In this document: positions 36,267 to 45,767 of the stretch, in pieces | Layout of the letters: every line of letters begins with the position of its first letter | How positions within the stretch are numbered: position 1 is the first letter of the stretch | Notes under the pieces: model-generated | Databases searched by the model: none | Told to the model about the DNA's origin: nothing | What the model saw: only the letters and a program-made list of their open reading frames with translations | NCBI GenBank assembly: GCA_024409055.1 | Contig: JAKSUL010000003.1 | Span: 16,829-80,828, forward strand | DNA from: Bacilli bacterium | Lineage (GTDB): Bacteria > Bacillota_I > Bacilli_A > RFN20 > CAG-826 | Reading direction: 5' to 3' | Length of the DNA stretch: 64,000 bases | Translations under genes and position numbers: made by a program

Positions 36267-38056
36267 TGCCTATGGAAGATATGGGGCACCAAAAGCCCAA
36301 ACACGCCAAAGCAACCTATCTCCGCTTAGTCAGAGACTTTAGGCCGCATACCATTGCGATCGTTTTCATTTCCTTGTTCATTGCCGTCAACGCAGTCTTA
36401 TCCGTTATTAGCCCGACGTTAGTGTCGAATCTTATCAGCGGAATGATAAAAAACGTGGACGGGTATGCAATATTCCAAAACGAATACGCAATGAAGTGGA
36501 TGCTTATCACGCTTATTTGCTACACGGCTTCCGCTATTGCAGCTTGGGGCGCTGATTGGATACTTCAAAAACTTATTGCTTATTATGGATATAGTTTAAG
36601 GTCTCGCATAAAGGCCAAGCTCGACAAGATGCCTCTATCCTATTTCGACGCGACAGAAACGGGAGAAATCTTAAGCAGAGGAACAAACGACGTAGATAAC
36701 GTCGTGAGAAACTTACCATCCGTAATTACGTCATTAATCAAAAGCTTCATAATCGTAACCGGATGCATCGTTTCAATGCTTATCTTATGTTGGCAATTGG
36801 CGTTGGTGATTCTCGGAACATTGCCTTTTACTCTTTTGGTTGTCTACACAATTGGTTCTAAGAGCAACAAACAATTCAAAGCCTACAGAAAGAAATACGG
36901 CGTCCTTGAAGGACAAGTGGAAGAGGCTTATTCAGGGTTCTCGATTCTCAAACTTTTTGGTAGAGAAGAAGACGTCCAAAACAAATTCGAAAGCATCAAT
37001 ATCGAGATGACAGAGGCCGACAGAAAATCGCAATGGATATCTGGCTTTATCTATCCAATAATGCGTTTCATCTACAACATCGGCTTTGCCGGCGTTGCCC
37101 TTGTATCTGGATTAATCGAGACCGAACCTAGCATGGTCGTCGCTTTCATTATGTTCTTGAATATTTTCCAAAGCCCATTCGAGGAATTAGGACAATTAGT
37201 TGCGTCTATCCAATCAATCGGTGCCTGCTCTGAGCGCATCTTCGCGCTAGAAGACGGCCTCGAGCAAATCGAAAACGATTCCGATTGTGTCTCGTCTAAC
37301 GAAAACATAAAAGGCGAAGTCATCTTTGAACACGTTTATTTTTCCTACGACGAGAACAAACCATTAATCGAAGACATGAACCTCCATACCAACCCAGGAG
37401 ACATGATTGCAATAGTAGGTCCGACCGGGGCGGGAAAAACCACATTAGTTAACCTCCTCATGAGATTCTATGAAGTCGACAAAGGACGTATCGTCCTCGA
37501 TGGAATAGATCTAAAACATTATTCAAGAGAGACTTTAAGAAAATCGATCGGCATGGTTTTACAAGACACGTGGCTCTTCCACGGAAGCATCATGGAGAAT
37601 ATCCGTTACGGAAGAAACGACGCAACAGATGAAGAAGTTAAAAACGCAGCTAAGGCAGCCCATGCCGACCATTTCATAGAATCTCTTCCTGGTGGTTATG
37701 ACTTTGTTCTTAAAGAAGACGCCACCAATATCTCGCAAGGTCAAAGGCAGCTACTCACAATAGCGAGGGCCATGGTTAGCCAACCGAAGATCATGATTCT
37801 AGACGAAGCGACGTCATCCGTGGATACGAGAACCGAGCAAGCCATACAAGACGCGATGGAAAAGATGATGAAGGGAAGGACCTCATTCGTCATTGCCCAT
37901 AGATTAAGCACCATCAAAAACGCCAAAGTTATTTTAGTCATGAAGAAAGGGTCGATCATTGAGATGGGGGCCCACAATGAATTGCTCCGCAAAAAGGGAT
38001 TCTATGCTGAGTTATATAATTCTCAGTTCCTCGGACGTTCTCCGAACGAAGAATAA
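36266..38056 (+). CDS. ABC exporter half-transporter, subunit B type
   Basis: Motifs GPTGAGKTT, signature ISQGQRQ, MILDEATSSVD, VIAHRLST. A TAATG junction overlaps the upstream stop by 1 nt. Confidence 0.85.
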   Translation: MPMEDMGHQKPKHAKATYLRLVRDFRPHTIAIVFISLFIAVNAVLSVISPTLVSNLISGMIKNVDGYAIFQNEYAMKWMLITLICYTASAIAAWGADWILQKLIAYYGYSLRSRIKAKLDKMPLSYFDATETGEILSRGTNDVDNVVRNLPSVITSLIKSFIIVTGCIVSMLILCWQLALVILGTLPFTLLVVYTIGSKSNKQFKAYRKKYGVLEGQVEEAYSGFSILKLFGREEDVQNKFESINIEMTEADRKSQWISGFIYPIMRFIYNIGFAGVALVSGLIETEPSMVVAFIMFLNIFQSPFEELGQLVASIQSIGACSERIFALEDGLEQIENDSDCVSSNENIKGEVIFEHVYFSYDENKPLIEDMNLHTNPGDMIAIVGPTGAGKTTLVNLLMRFYEVDKGRIVLDGIDLKHYSRETLRKSIGMVLQDTWLFHGSIMENIRYGRNDATDEEVKNAAKAAHADHFIESLPGGYDFVLKEDATNISQGQRQLLTIARAMVSQPKIMILDEATSSVDTRTEQAIQDAMEKMMKGRTSFVIAHRLSTIKNAKVILVMKKGSIIEMGAHNELLRKKGFYAELYNSQFLGRSPNEE

Positions 38057-38077
38057 AGTAAAATTCGGCGTATAAAA

Positions 38078-38109
38078 AACGCCTTCATGGAAATTCCATA
38101 AAAGGCGTT
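38078..38109. terminator. Shared hairpin terminator between convergent genes (strongest for potD on the minus strand)
   Basis: aacgcctt (38078-38085) pairs with aaggcgtt (38102-38109). The minus-strand reading is followed by TTTTTTATA. Confidence 0.55.
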
Positions 38110-38117
38110 GTTATAGA

Positions 38118-39332
38118 TTAGGCAAGGCTATTAAAGATAATCTCGCAAGTTGATAAATATTGGGTTGATTTTGGCTCAAGCATATAAACTTTTTCGCATT
38201 GGCCAATCGGATCCAAATACATTGGATATTTTTCTAAGAAATCTTTTAGAGTGAGCGAATTCTCCGTGGTTTCATCGCCATAGTAATAGGCCCCGTTTTC
38301 AGCATCTTCGATATATTTTCCAACAACGGTTTTCAAAGTTGGGCTATAGCCGATGGCTTGGGCGTTTTGATACGCGTTATCGCCATCCATCATGAAGTTG
38401 ACGAACTTGTTTGCGAGATCGTAATTTTGGCAAGTGGTGGGGATGACCATGGAATCGAAGAAAGCGCTGGTGACCTTAGGGATATTAACGTTGAACTTAA
38501 TTTCGGCTCCTTTCGGCGATTCGTCATAAACCAAATACAAGGCATCGAAGAAATCACCAAGCTGGGTGTAGCACATATCAAGGGAGCCATTTGCGACATT
38601 GCGCTTCATGGAGTCGCTTCCGAACTCATCGAAGTTGGCGGACTTAAGTTTATTGACCAAATGATCTTTGAGCTCAGAATCGATGTCACCATCTTTTGTT
38701 CCATCCATTTTGGTTATGTTGGGGTCACGTCCTTCCGCCATAAGAGAAGAGGCCACAATCCACCTTGCGGTGTTATACATACCAATCTTCACATCCTCGT
38801 TATACAAAGAGCGGTCGAAGAGGGACGCGAAGCCGTTTTCCTTAATTACAGAAGGTACGTCCTCTTTCTTTTCGCTATAAATGATTGAGTACGCCCCGTA
38901 AAAATAAGGGAAGTAATATTCGTTTATTTCTTCGCCGGTCTTTGAATCCAGCATGTATTCTGCCATCAAAGACCTCAATGTCGAAACGAACAAAGAGTCA
39001 TAGGCTGAAAGGTTCACATATTCGGAATTGCCAGTGTCGAATTTTCTTAAGTATCCCTCTTCATAGAGTTGGCGGACCGTATAGTCGCCCGGAACAGCGA
39101 CATCGTAATTGGTGGTTCCTGACGTGATCTTTTGATACATAGCCTCAGAGCTTGTGACCATTTCCATCACGACTTGGCAATTGAATTGTTCTTCGAATTT
39201 AGTGATCAATGTTGTGTCGATATATTCGCCCCAGTTCAAGAAATAAAGAACGGTGTTTGGAGTCGATAAAACCACGCCGGCAAAAACGGTGAAGCAAAGA
39301 AGGGCTACTAAAACAGGAATGAGTTTCTTCAT
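38118..39332 (-). CDS. potD: Spermidine/putrescine ABC transporter substrate-binding protein
   Basis: LYFLNWGEYIDTTLITKFEEQFNCQV is PotD-like. It has an N-terminal signal/anchor and is the last gene of the potABCD order. Confidence 0.8.
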   Translation of the reverse strand: MKKLIPVLVALLCFTVFAGVVLSTPNTVLYFLNWGEYIDTTLITKFEEQFNCQVVMEMVTSSEAMYQKITSGTTNYDVAVPGDYTVRQLYEEGYLRKFDTGNSEYVNLSAYDSLFVSTLRSLMAEYMLDSKTGEEINEYYFPYFYGAYSIIYSEKKEDVPSVIKENGFASLFDRSLYNEDVKIGMYNTARWIVASSLMAEGRDPNITKMDGTKDGDIDSELKDHLVNKLKSANFDEFGSDSMKRNVANGSLDMCYTQLGDFFDALYLVYDESPKGAEIKFNVNIPKVTSAFFDSMVIPTTCQNYDLANKFVNFMMDGDNAYQNAQAIGYSPTLKTVVGKYIEDAENGAYYYGDETTENSLTLKDFLEKYPMYLDPIGQCEKVYMLEPKSTQYLSTCEIIFNSLA

Positions 39333-40165
39333 TTGTTCTCCCCCTTCTTTTTATGATTGCCGTAAAGACTAATCGCCAAAACAATGCCCAAAGTAACAAA
39401 CGTTAGCAAAGCGTTGAAAGCGTAGCTACCGGCCGAGAAGTTCTTTTTTGTATAAGAGCTATATACATAGTTGGAGAAATTAGAGAATCCGCCGCCTTGC
39501 GTATAGAAAGAGATAACGAAGTCGTCGATTGATAAAGTAAAGGCGATAAGGGCCCCCGTCAAAATCGCCGTCGATAAAGACGGAATAACGACTTTGACCA
39601 AAGATTTCATAGGAGAGCACCCTAAATCTTGAGCGGCCTCGAACAAAGCCTCATCGGTTTGCTCAAGTTTTGGAAGAACCATCAATATAACGTAAGGCGT
39701 CATAAAGAAGGTGTGGGCAAGGAGCATTGACGGGAAGCCAAAAACACCAGGGAATAACGGCTTTATCAATGAGCACACAAGCATGATGGAAATGCCGGTT
39801 ACGATTTCGCTGTTAAGCATTGGAATCTCATTGAGGAAATCCATGGCCTTTCTAGCCTTTTTATTGAGGGCGTGCAAACCGATTGAGGCGAAAACACCGA
39901 ACACGGTGGATAACAAAGTCGCCCAGAACGAGACGAGAAGGGAATCAAGGATTGAAGTGTACAGCTGACGATCGGTGAATATTTCTTTGTAGTGTTCGAA
40001 AGTGAAGCCGCCCCAAGCTAACGGAGAAATCGAATTCGCCGTTTTATTAAACGACTGGTAGATAATAATGACGATCGGCACGTACATTATCGAGAAAACC
40101 AAAACAACGAAGAGAACCTTCAAGACATTGGCAAGGACGTTTTTCCAGGAAGTTTCGATAAGCAT
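39329..40165 (-). CDS. potC: Spermidine/putrescine ABC transporter permease
   Basis: Six TM segments, EAA loop FEAAQDLGCSPMKSLVKVVIPSL, and a 4-nt overlap with potD. Confidence 0.85.
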   Translation of the reverse strand: MLIETSWKNVLANVLKVLFVVLVFSIMYVPIVIIIYQSFNKTANSISPLAWGGFTFEHYKEIFTDRQLYTSILDSLLVSFWATLLSTVFGVFASIGLHALNKKARKAMDFLNEIPMLNSEIVTGISIMLVCSLIKPLFPGVFGFPSMLLAHTFFMTPYVILMVLPKLEQTDEALFEAAQDLGCSPMKSLVKVVIPSLSTAILTGALIAFTLSIDDFVISFYTQGGGFSNFSNYVYSSYTKKNFSAGSYAFNALLTFVTLGIVLAISLYGNHKKKGENK

Positions 40166-40965
40166 TACTTATTCCCCCTTCCTTTTGGGTTCTGAACGAA
40201 GTCGAACAAAAGAACGATGGCGATAATGACCACGGACACGAAAATCGAAAGCAGCGATCCAAAGTTATAGTTGTTCTTCTCAAACACGGTCTGCAAAAGG
40301 TTGCCAACCAACCTGACTTTATCCAAGCCTATGGTCTGAGAAATCGCGAATCCTGTAGCGGCTGGCAAGAAAACCATGATGACGCCGCTAGAAACTCCAC
40401 CTAACGACAAAGGGAACGTTATTTTCAAGAATGTCTTCCAGGCCGGAACGCCTAAATCTTTGGACGCCTCGATAATGCTTCTATCCATTTTTTCCAAGAC
40501 GGTGAAAATCGGGAAAATCATAAACGGGAGATATGTCGTTACGGTGACGAAAATAACGGCCCCGCTGGTGCCTATTAGATTTAACGCCGACAAGAAATCC
40601 GTGGATAACAAGCGGAGCCAAGAAACGATACGTAGCATCGAATTGCTCCACATAGGAAGGATCATCAACAAAAGGACAAGCTTTTTGTTTTTGATGTTGG
40701 AGAAAGATAAGAAATAAGCAACAGGATAACCAAGCAAAAAGCAAATCAGAACCGTGAAGAAGGCGATGTATAAGGAGTTGCCCAACGCTTTTAATATCGA
40801 CGGATCAGCTAATCTTTTGTAAGCATCCAAGGAAAAAGTAGCGCCAATAAAGTCCATTCCTTTGGTGTTGAAGAAAGTCAAAACGATCATGACAACGATA
40901 GGGGTCACGACCAAAAGAATGAGCCATATCAAATAAGGTATTGCGAAACCCTTAAATCTTTTCAT
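40165..40965 (-). CDS. potB: Spermidine/putrescine ABC transporter permease
   Basis: Six TM segments and EAA loop IEASKDLGVPAWKTFLKITFPLS. Confidence 0.85.
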   Translation of the reverse strand: MKRFKGFAIPYLIWLILLVVTPIVVMIVLTFFNTKGMDFIGATFSLDAYKRLADPSILKALGNSLYIAFFTVLICFLLGYPVAYFLSFSNIKNKKLVLLLMILPMWSNSMLRIVSWLRLLSTDFLSALNLIGTSGAVIFVTVTTYLPFMIFPIFTVLEKMDRSIIEASKDLGVPAWKTFLKITFPLSLGGVSSGVIMVFLPAATGFAISQTIGLDKVRLVGNLLQTVFEKNNYNFGSLLSIFVSVVIIAIVLLFDFVQNPKGRGNK

Positions 40966-40967
40966 CC

Positions 40968-42827
40968 TTATTTGTCCTCTTGTTCAAGAGCGAGGCGACG
41001 GCCTTCCTCTCTGATTTTCCTGATCTCCAAAGGTTGATCCTCGTCAGCAACTTTCATCATATGAATCTCGTAGAAGTCGACGGATAGGCCAATTCTTTCA
41101 CCGACCTCGGCGTTTTGGTAATCGGTGACCATAAGAACGGTGCCGTTACAGTTCACCCACATATTGAAAGTCATGCCCGTAAAAGCGGTCTTGGTGACGA
41201 TGCCTTGAATAATGGCTTTGTCAGGATCATCTAAAACAAGGTCGAAGTCTTCCGGCCTGATAACGACATCAACGACTTCGCCAGGGAAGAATGTCGGCTG
41301 ATAAGATCTAAATGTAGCGCCTAGGAAAGAGACTTTCTGGTTGCCCAAATAAACGCCCTTCATGATGTTGGCGCCTTCATAGTTAGCAAGAAGCTTTGCC
41401 TTATTTTCTTTTATCGATTCGCAGTAAACGTTGCTTGGGTCGACGGACAATCCGATGATGTCTCCAACTTTATACTTATCGTCGGACTCGACTTTAATCA
41501 ACGTTTCGCCGACCATAACGCCTAACGTGTATTTGTTTTCCTCAAACGAAACGGTTTTGATTTTGCCAGTCAAAGGAGCAAATTCGGGTAGACGTATATC
41601 GAAATCGTCTTTTTCTACGATGCAATATAATTCCTCATTCAAGCCATAATCGGGAGCCGAAACTTTAAACGTCTTTCCCATCATTTGGAGGCGGCGCGGC
41701 TCACTATAGACGCCACGGAGAAGGTTTGCTTCGCCGATAAACGTAGCGACAAATCTATTGATTGGAGCGTTATAGATATCTTCTGGGCGTCCCATCTGCT
41801 GAATCTTGCCGTTGTTCATGACAACGACTGTGTCAGACATGACCATGGCCTCTTCTTGATCGTGGGTTACGAAAATAAAGGTGATACCCAATTTTCTTTG
41901 CATTTCACGAAGCTCGAGCCTCATGGATTTCCTGAGTTTTAGGTCAAGAGCAGAAAGAGGCTCATCAAGGAGAAGAATCCTTGGTTTATTCACGATAGCC
42001 CTAGCGATTGCGATTCTTTGCATCTGACCGCCAGATAAGGAGGTGATTTCCCTGTTTTCGTATCCTTCAAGGTTAACAAAACGAAGAGCCTTCATGACTT
42101 CGTCGTGAATCACGTTTTCTTTGAATTTGCGGTCGTTGATCGCACAGTAAATGAGATATCCATTATCGTTTTCGGACGCTTTCGCAAGAATCTCGTTCTC
42201 CACGTCTTTAAACGACTCTTCATCGTTGAAGGAAAGAACGGGATTGACTCCGTTTTTGGCAAACATCTCGGCGATTTGTTCTTTGAAGTCTTTGTATTTG
42301 CTGTTCTTGTATTGTTTCTTGAGGTTCTTTAATTCCTCTTCAAACGCGAAATACGTTGATTGCTTTTTGAAGTAATCGATGACGTACTTCTTTACGTCAA
42401 TCGGCTTTTCAATATGGCTCAAGATCTTCATGAGACCATCTATTTCTTCTTCCTCATATCCGTACTTGTTCATGAGATTCATCGTTCCGATGTCGTAAAC
42501 GTTGGAATAGATGTTGTTTCTCAATCCGAACGCGATGTTGTCGTAGATATTCATGTTCGGGAAGAGAGCGTATTTCTGGAAGACAGTGTTGATCGGCCTT
42601 TTGTGGGAGGGGAGTTTTTGGATTTCTTCGCCATCGAGCAAAAGTTTTCCGCCTTGCATGGCTTCAAATCCGGCGATGATTCTCAAAACAGTGGTTTTGC
42701 CACAGCCGGACGGACCTAAGAAAGTGACGAATTCGTTCTCGTTAACGGACAAATTGAAATCATCGAGAATCACATTGTTCCCGTACGATTTCTTGATGTT
42801 CCTAAGTTCAAGAATCTTTCTTCCCAT
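40968..42827 (-). CDS. potA: Spermidine/putrescine ABC transporter ATPase, expanded form (619 aa)
   Basis: Motifs GPSGCGKTT, LSGGQMQRIAIARAIV, ILLLDEPLSALD, FVTHDQEEA. A ~150-aa Lys/Glu-rich insert lies between the Q-loop and the signature. There are two tandem TOBE-like C-terminal domains. RBS GGGAGA lies 6 nt upstream. Confidence 0.85.
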   Translation of the reverse strand: MGRKILELRNIKKSYGNNVILDDFNLSVNENEFVTFLGPSGCGKTTVLRIIAGFEAMQGGKLLLDGEEIQKLPSHKRPINTVFQKYALFPNMNIYDNIAFGLRNNIYSNVYDIGTMNLMNKYGYEEEEIDGLMKILSHIEKPIDVKKYVIDYFKKQSTYFAFEEELKNLKKQYKNSKYKDFKEQIAEMFAKNGVNPVLSFNDEESFKDVENEILAKASENDNGYLIYCAINDRKFKENVIHDEVMKALRFVNLEGYENREITSLSGGQMQRIAIARAIVNKPRILLLDEPLSALDLKLRKSMRLELREMQRKLGITFIFVTHDQEEAMVMSDTVVVMNNGKIQQMGRPEDIYNAPINRFVATFIGEANLLRGVYSEPRRLQMMGKTFKVSAPDYGLNEELYCIVEKDDFDIRLPEFAPLTGKIKTVSFEENKYTLGVMVGETLIKVESDDKYKVGDIIGLSVDPSNVYCESIKENKAKLLANYEGANIMKGVYLGNQKVSFLGATFRSYQPTFFPGEVVDVVIRPEDFDLVLDDPDKAIIQGIVTKTAFTGMTFNMWVNCNGTVLMVTDYQNAEVGERIGLSVDFYEIHMMKVADEDQPLEIRKIREEGRRLALEQEDK

Positions 42828-42840
42828 AATTCATCTCCCA

Positions 42841-42876
42841 AAAAGACAAAGAAAAAGCCCCGGTCAAAACCAGAGC
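42841..42876 (-). promoter_or_regulatory. Terminator-like hairpin plus U-run inside the potA leader (candidate attenuator)
   Basis: The minus-strand RNA GCUCUGGU-UUUG-ACCGGGGC forms 8 bp (two G-U pairs). It is followed by UUUUUCUUUGUCUUUUU and ends immediately before the RBS. Confidence 0.35.
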
Positions 42877-43065
42877 ATAATTTGCGTAAAAAATAAGCCG
42901 TTTTGATGAGGCGGTTTGCCGACATCGATGCGAACTGGAGAGCTCGCGTTAAGCCTATATTTTTTCATTAACAAATGCGTGATTATTTAATCGCACGCAA
43001 ATAATAGACCTATTTATTAATAGGTACATACTATTTTTTCTAAAAAGTAATTTTTTATTAACCCA

Positions 43066-43096
43066 ACGAAAAAGGGTGCCTATCAAAAGGCACCCT
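43066..43096 (-). terminator. Intrinsic terminator after the FGGY kinase gene
   Basis: agggtgcc (43073-43080) pairs with ggcaccct (43089-43096). The minus-strand reading is followed by TTTTTCG. Confidence 0.7.
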
Positions 43097-43101
43097 ATTC
43101 G

Positions 43102-44658
43102 TTATTTTTTATTCATCTCGCAAATGGTTTTGTACACATCCTTCAACGAGGGGTAAAGCTTTTTGTAAACCTTATTATAAAGATCGGCGTATTTCTTATG
43201 ATTTTCTTGGTTGGGGGTGAATGTAACCGACTTTCTTACCATCTGGCTGACCGCCTGATTGGCCCCGTTATATCTTCCTATCGACAAGAAGCCCGAGATG
43301 GCGGCACCCAAAGAAGAACTTTCATTGGTTTGAACCCTGGAAACAGGGAGGCCAAACATATCAGCCGCGATTTGGCACACCTCATCGCTTCTAGATCCTC
43401 CGCCTGAAATGCGCAGTTCTTTGAATCCGTGTCCTAATCTCTTTGTGAAATCTTGCATTCCTTCATACAAGGCGAATAAAACGCCTTCGATGATGGCTTT
43501 ATAGAAATGAGCCTTCGTCGTTGAGTCGGTGAATCCGATAACCGCCCCCTTAACTAACGGCCTTTCAAGCATCGGCCCCCAATACGGCTGAAGGATTAAA
43601 CCATCGCATCCTGGAGGAATTGAGGCGATTTCTTTGTTGTAGTCGCCCGCATTGTAGTTTTCGGAAATAACGTCGTCGATGTTTTTGGCGCCGAATTCCT
43701 TTAAGAACCAGTTAATCATCCAGAATCCACGATAAACCTGACGGTCCATGTTGAATCTGCCTGGTTGAACGGAAGGATAGGCCGGGAAGAAAGGGGCTCC
43801 CGGTTTGTACTTGACCGTGGTGGTCTCGATGCTGGCGGCCGTTCCTAATGAAATGGAGGCCATCGTGTCATCGACAACGCCGGTTCCTAACGTCTCACAG
43901 GATTTATCGGCTCCGCAGGCATAAAGCGGAATTCCGGCCGGAATTCCGGTGAGTTTTGAGGCTTCTTCCGTTATTTTTCCAATCAACGTCCCCGCCGGAA
44001 CGATTTCGGAGAGCATTTGCTTCTCAACGGAGAAAACCATGCCCTGCATATGTTTCATTGGCTTTTTGTACCATTGGCGCTTCTTATATTCCAAAGGATA
44101 GTGGCCGATGTTTGCAGAGGCCGGATCTTTCAATTCTCCGGTCAATAGATAATTGAAGTAGGTGTTAACCTGAACGTATTTATCGACTTTCGCCCAATTC
44201 TCCGGCTCGTTCTCTTTAACCCAGTTGGCAATTGTTCTTCTACGATTGATTTCGATAGCCGCGGTTTTGCCGGCGACCGCAAAAATCAAACGGTATAAAG
44301 CAGGCAAAGGCTCCTTACAGACCGCGAATCTTTGGTCGAGCCAAAGGATCATGGGTCGAATAACCTTTCTATCCTTATCGAGCAACACAGCGGAATCGCG
44401 GAAGCAGGTCAAAGTGATGCCTTTGACGTCTTTTATTAAATCCGGGTATTCCTTGGTGATGGCGTTCGTGCATTCGCAAAGGCAGGCGAAATAATAGTTC
44501 GGATCTTGCTCGGCAAAGCCTTTTTCTTTGGAGAAATAAGCCGGCTCATAGTGTTTTTGATAATAAGCAATGGCCTCTCCTTTATCGTTGTAGATTGAGG
44601 CTCTAACGGATTGGGTGCCAAAATCCATCGTCATTATCAGTGGGTTTTCGTTGGGCAT
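43102..44658 (-). CDS. FGGY-family carbohydrate kinase, substrate unknown
   Basis: The N-terminus MTMDFGTQSVRASIYNDKGE...AEQDPNYYF fits the FGGY family. The start is taken at ATG 44658, with AGGAG 7 nt upstream. The track start at 44730 adds 24 codons. Confidence 0.8.
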   Translation of the reverse strand: MPNENPLIMTMDFGTQSVRASIYNDKGEAIAYYQKHYEPAYFSKEKGFAEQDPNYYFACLCECTNAITKEYPDLIKDVKGITLTCFRDSAVLLDKDRKVIRPMILWLDQRFAVCKEPLPALYRLIFAVAGKTAAIEINRRRTIANWVKENEPENWAKVDKYVQVNTYFNYLLTGELKDPASANIGHYPLEYKKRQWYKKPMKHMQGMVFSVEKQMLSEIVPAGTLIGKITEEASKLTGIPAGIPLYACGADKSCETLGTGVVDDTMASISLGTAASIETTTVKYKPGAPFFPAYPSVQPGRFNMDRQVYRGFWMINWFLKEFGAKNIDDVISENYNAGDYNKEIASIPPGCDGLILQPYWGPMLERPLVKGAVIGFTDSTTKAHFYKAIIEGVLFALYEGMQDFTKRLGHGFKELRISGGGSRSDEVCQIAADMFGLPVSRVQTNESSSLGAAISGFLSIGRYNGANQAVSQMVRKSVTFTPNQENHKKYADLYNKVYKKLYPSLKDVYKTICEMNKK

Positions 44659-44686
44659 AAACGTGCTCCTAGGTCGTATCTTTGAA

Positions 44687-44715
44687 ACTATAGCACCATT
44701 AACGTTTTCTTTACA
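44687..44715 (-). promoter_or_regulatory. Candidate promoter for the FGGY kinase gene
   Basis: On the minus strand: extended -10 TGcTATAGT, with a weak -35 TGTAAA 17 nt upstream. Confidence 0.35.
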
Positions 44716-44729
44716 TTGTGGGTTATTCA

Positions 44730-44758
44730 TTGCGTTAGCCTTATGGCTATCTTAAAAT
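44730..44758 (+). promoter_or_regulatory. Candidate promoter for the heptose operon
   Basis: -35 TTGCGT (44730-44735), a 17-nt spacer, and -10 TAAAAT (44753-44758). Confidence 0.4.
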
Positions 44759-44783
44759 TAGTCGATTCAAAGGAAGACAAACC

Positions 44784-45764
44784 ATGATTATTGCCCGTGC
44801 ACCTTTCCGCGTCAGCTTCTGTGGCGGCGGATCAGACATCCCCTCATTTTATGAGAAATACGGTGGATGCGTCATTTCGACCTCCATCCGCAAATACGTT
44901 TATTTGACTATCAACAAAGATTTCAAAAAAGACGAAATTACCCTTAAATATAGCCAAACGGAAATTGTCGATGACCCAAGCAAAATCCAACACAGGATTT
45001 TCAAGCAGTGTCTCACCGACTTCGGCGTCACCGGCGTTGAGATCACTTCTGTCGCCGACATTCCGGCCGGAACCGGTCTAGGAAGCTCCAGCACCTTCAC
45101 GGTCGCCCTTTTAAAGCTTCTTTACACCTACAAAGAAAAATCGGTTTCCGCATATAAAATCGCCAAAGAGGCCTGCGAAGTCGAAATTGAAAAGCTCGGC
45201 AACCCAATCGGTAAACAAGACCAGTTCGCCGCGGCATTCGGCGGACTACGTTACTACGAATTCTGCCCAGACGGATTCGTCAAAGTCGAGCCAATCATCA
45301 TGAAACGTTCCTCTTATAGAAAACTCGAGAGCAACCTCCTCATGTTCTATACAGGAGACGTGAGAGACGCAAATAAGATCCTCGGAGAACAAACTCAGAA
45401 CCTCGCTTCCAAAGAGGATAAAATCGCCGCTCAGAAAAAGCTTTGCGAAATGACACATGAGCTTAAAGAAGCCTTCGAGAGGAACGATGTTGACGCCTTA
45501 GGCCCGATCCTCCTCAAATCTTGGGAAATCAAGAAATCCCTCGCTAACGGCATCTCCAACCCAAAGATCGACGAATACTACGCCAAAGCAATCGAAGCCG
45601 GCGCGACCGGAGGAAAGCTCCTCGGAGCCGGCGGTGGTGGATTCCTTTTGTTCTACGTCCCGAACGAAGAAGGAAAATTCGCCGTTAGACAGGCTTTAAA
45701 AGAACTCAAGGAATTGCCGTTTGAATTCGATAATGCCGGCTGCTCCGTTCTTTACACTGAATAG
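44784..45764 (+). CDS. hddA: D-glycero-alpha-D-manno-heptose 7-phosphate kinase (GHMP family)
   Basis: MIIARAPFRVSFCGGGSDIPSFYEKYGGCVISTSIRKYVYLTIN is the typical HddA N-terminus. The GHMP motif PAGTGLGSSSTF is present. Confidence 0.75.
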   Translation: MIIARAPFRVSFCGGGSDIPSFYEKYGGCVISTSIRKYVYLTINKDFKKDEITLKYSQTEIVDDPSKIQHRIFKQCLTDFGVTGVEITSVADIPAGTGLGSSSTFTVALLKLLYTYKEKSVSAYKIAKEACEVEIEKLGNPIGKQDQFAAAFGGLRYYEFCPDGFVKVEPIIMKRSSYRKLESNLLMFYTGDVRDANKILGEQTQNLASKEDKIAAQKKLCEMTHELKEAFERNDVDALGPILLKSWEIKKSLANGISNPKIDEYYAKAIEAGATGGKLLGAGGGGFLLFYVPNEEGKFAVRQALKELKELPFEFDNAGCSVLYTE

Positions 45765-45767
45765 AAA

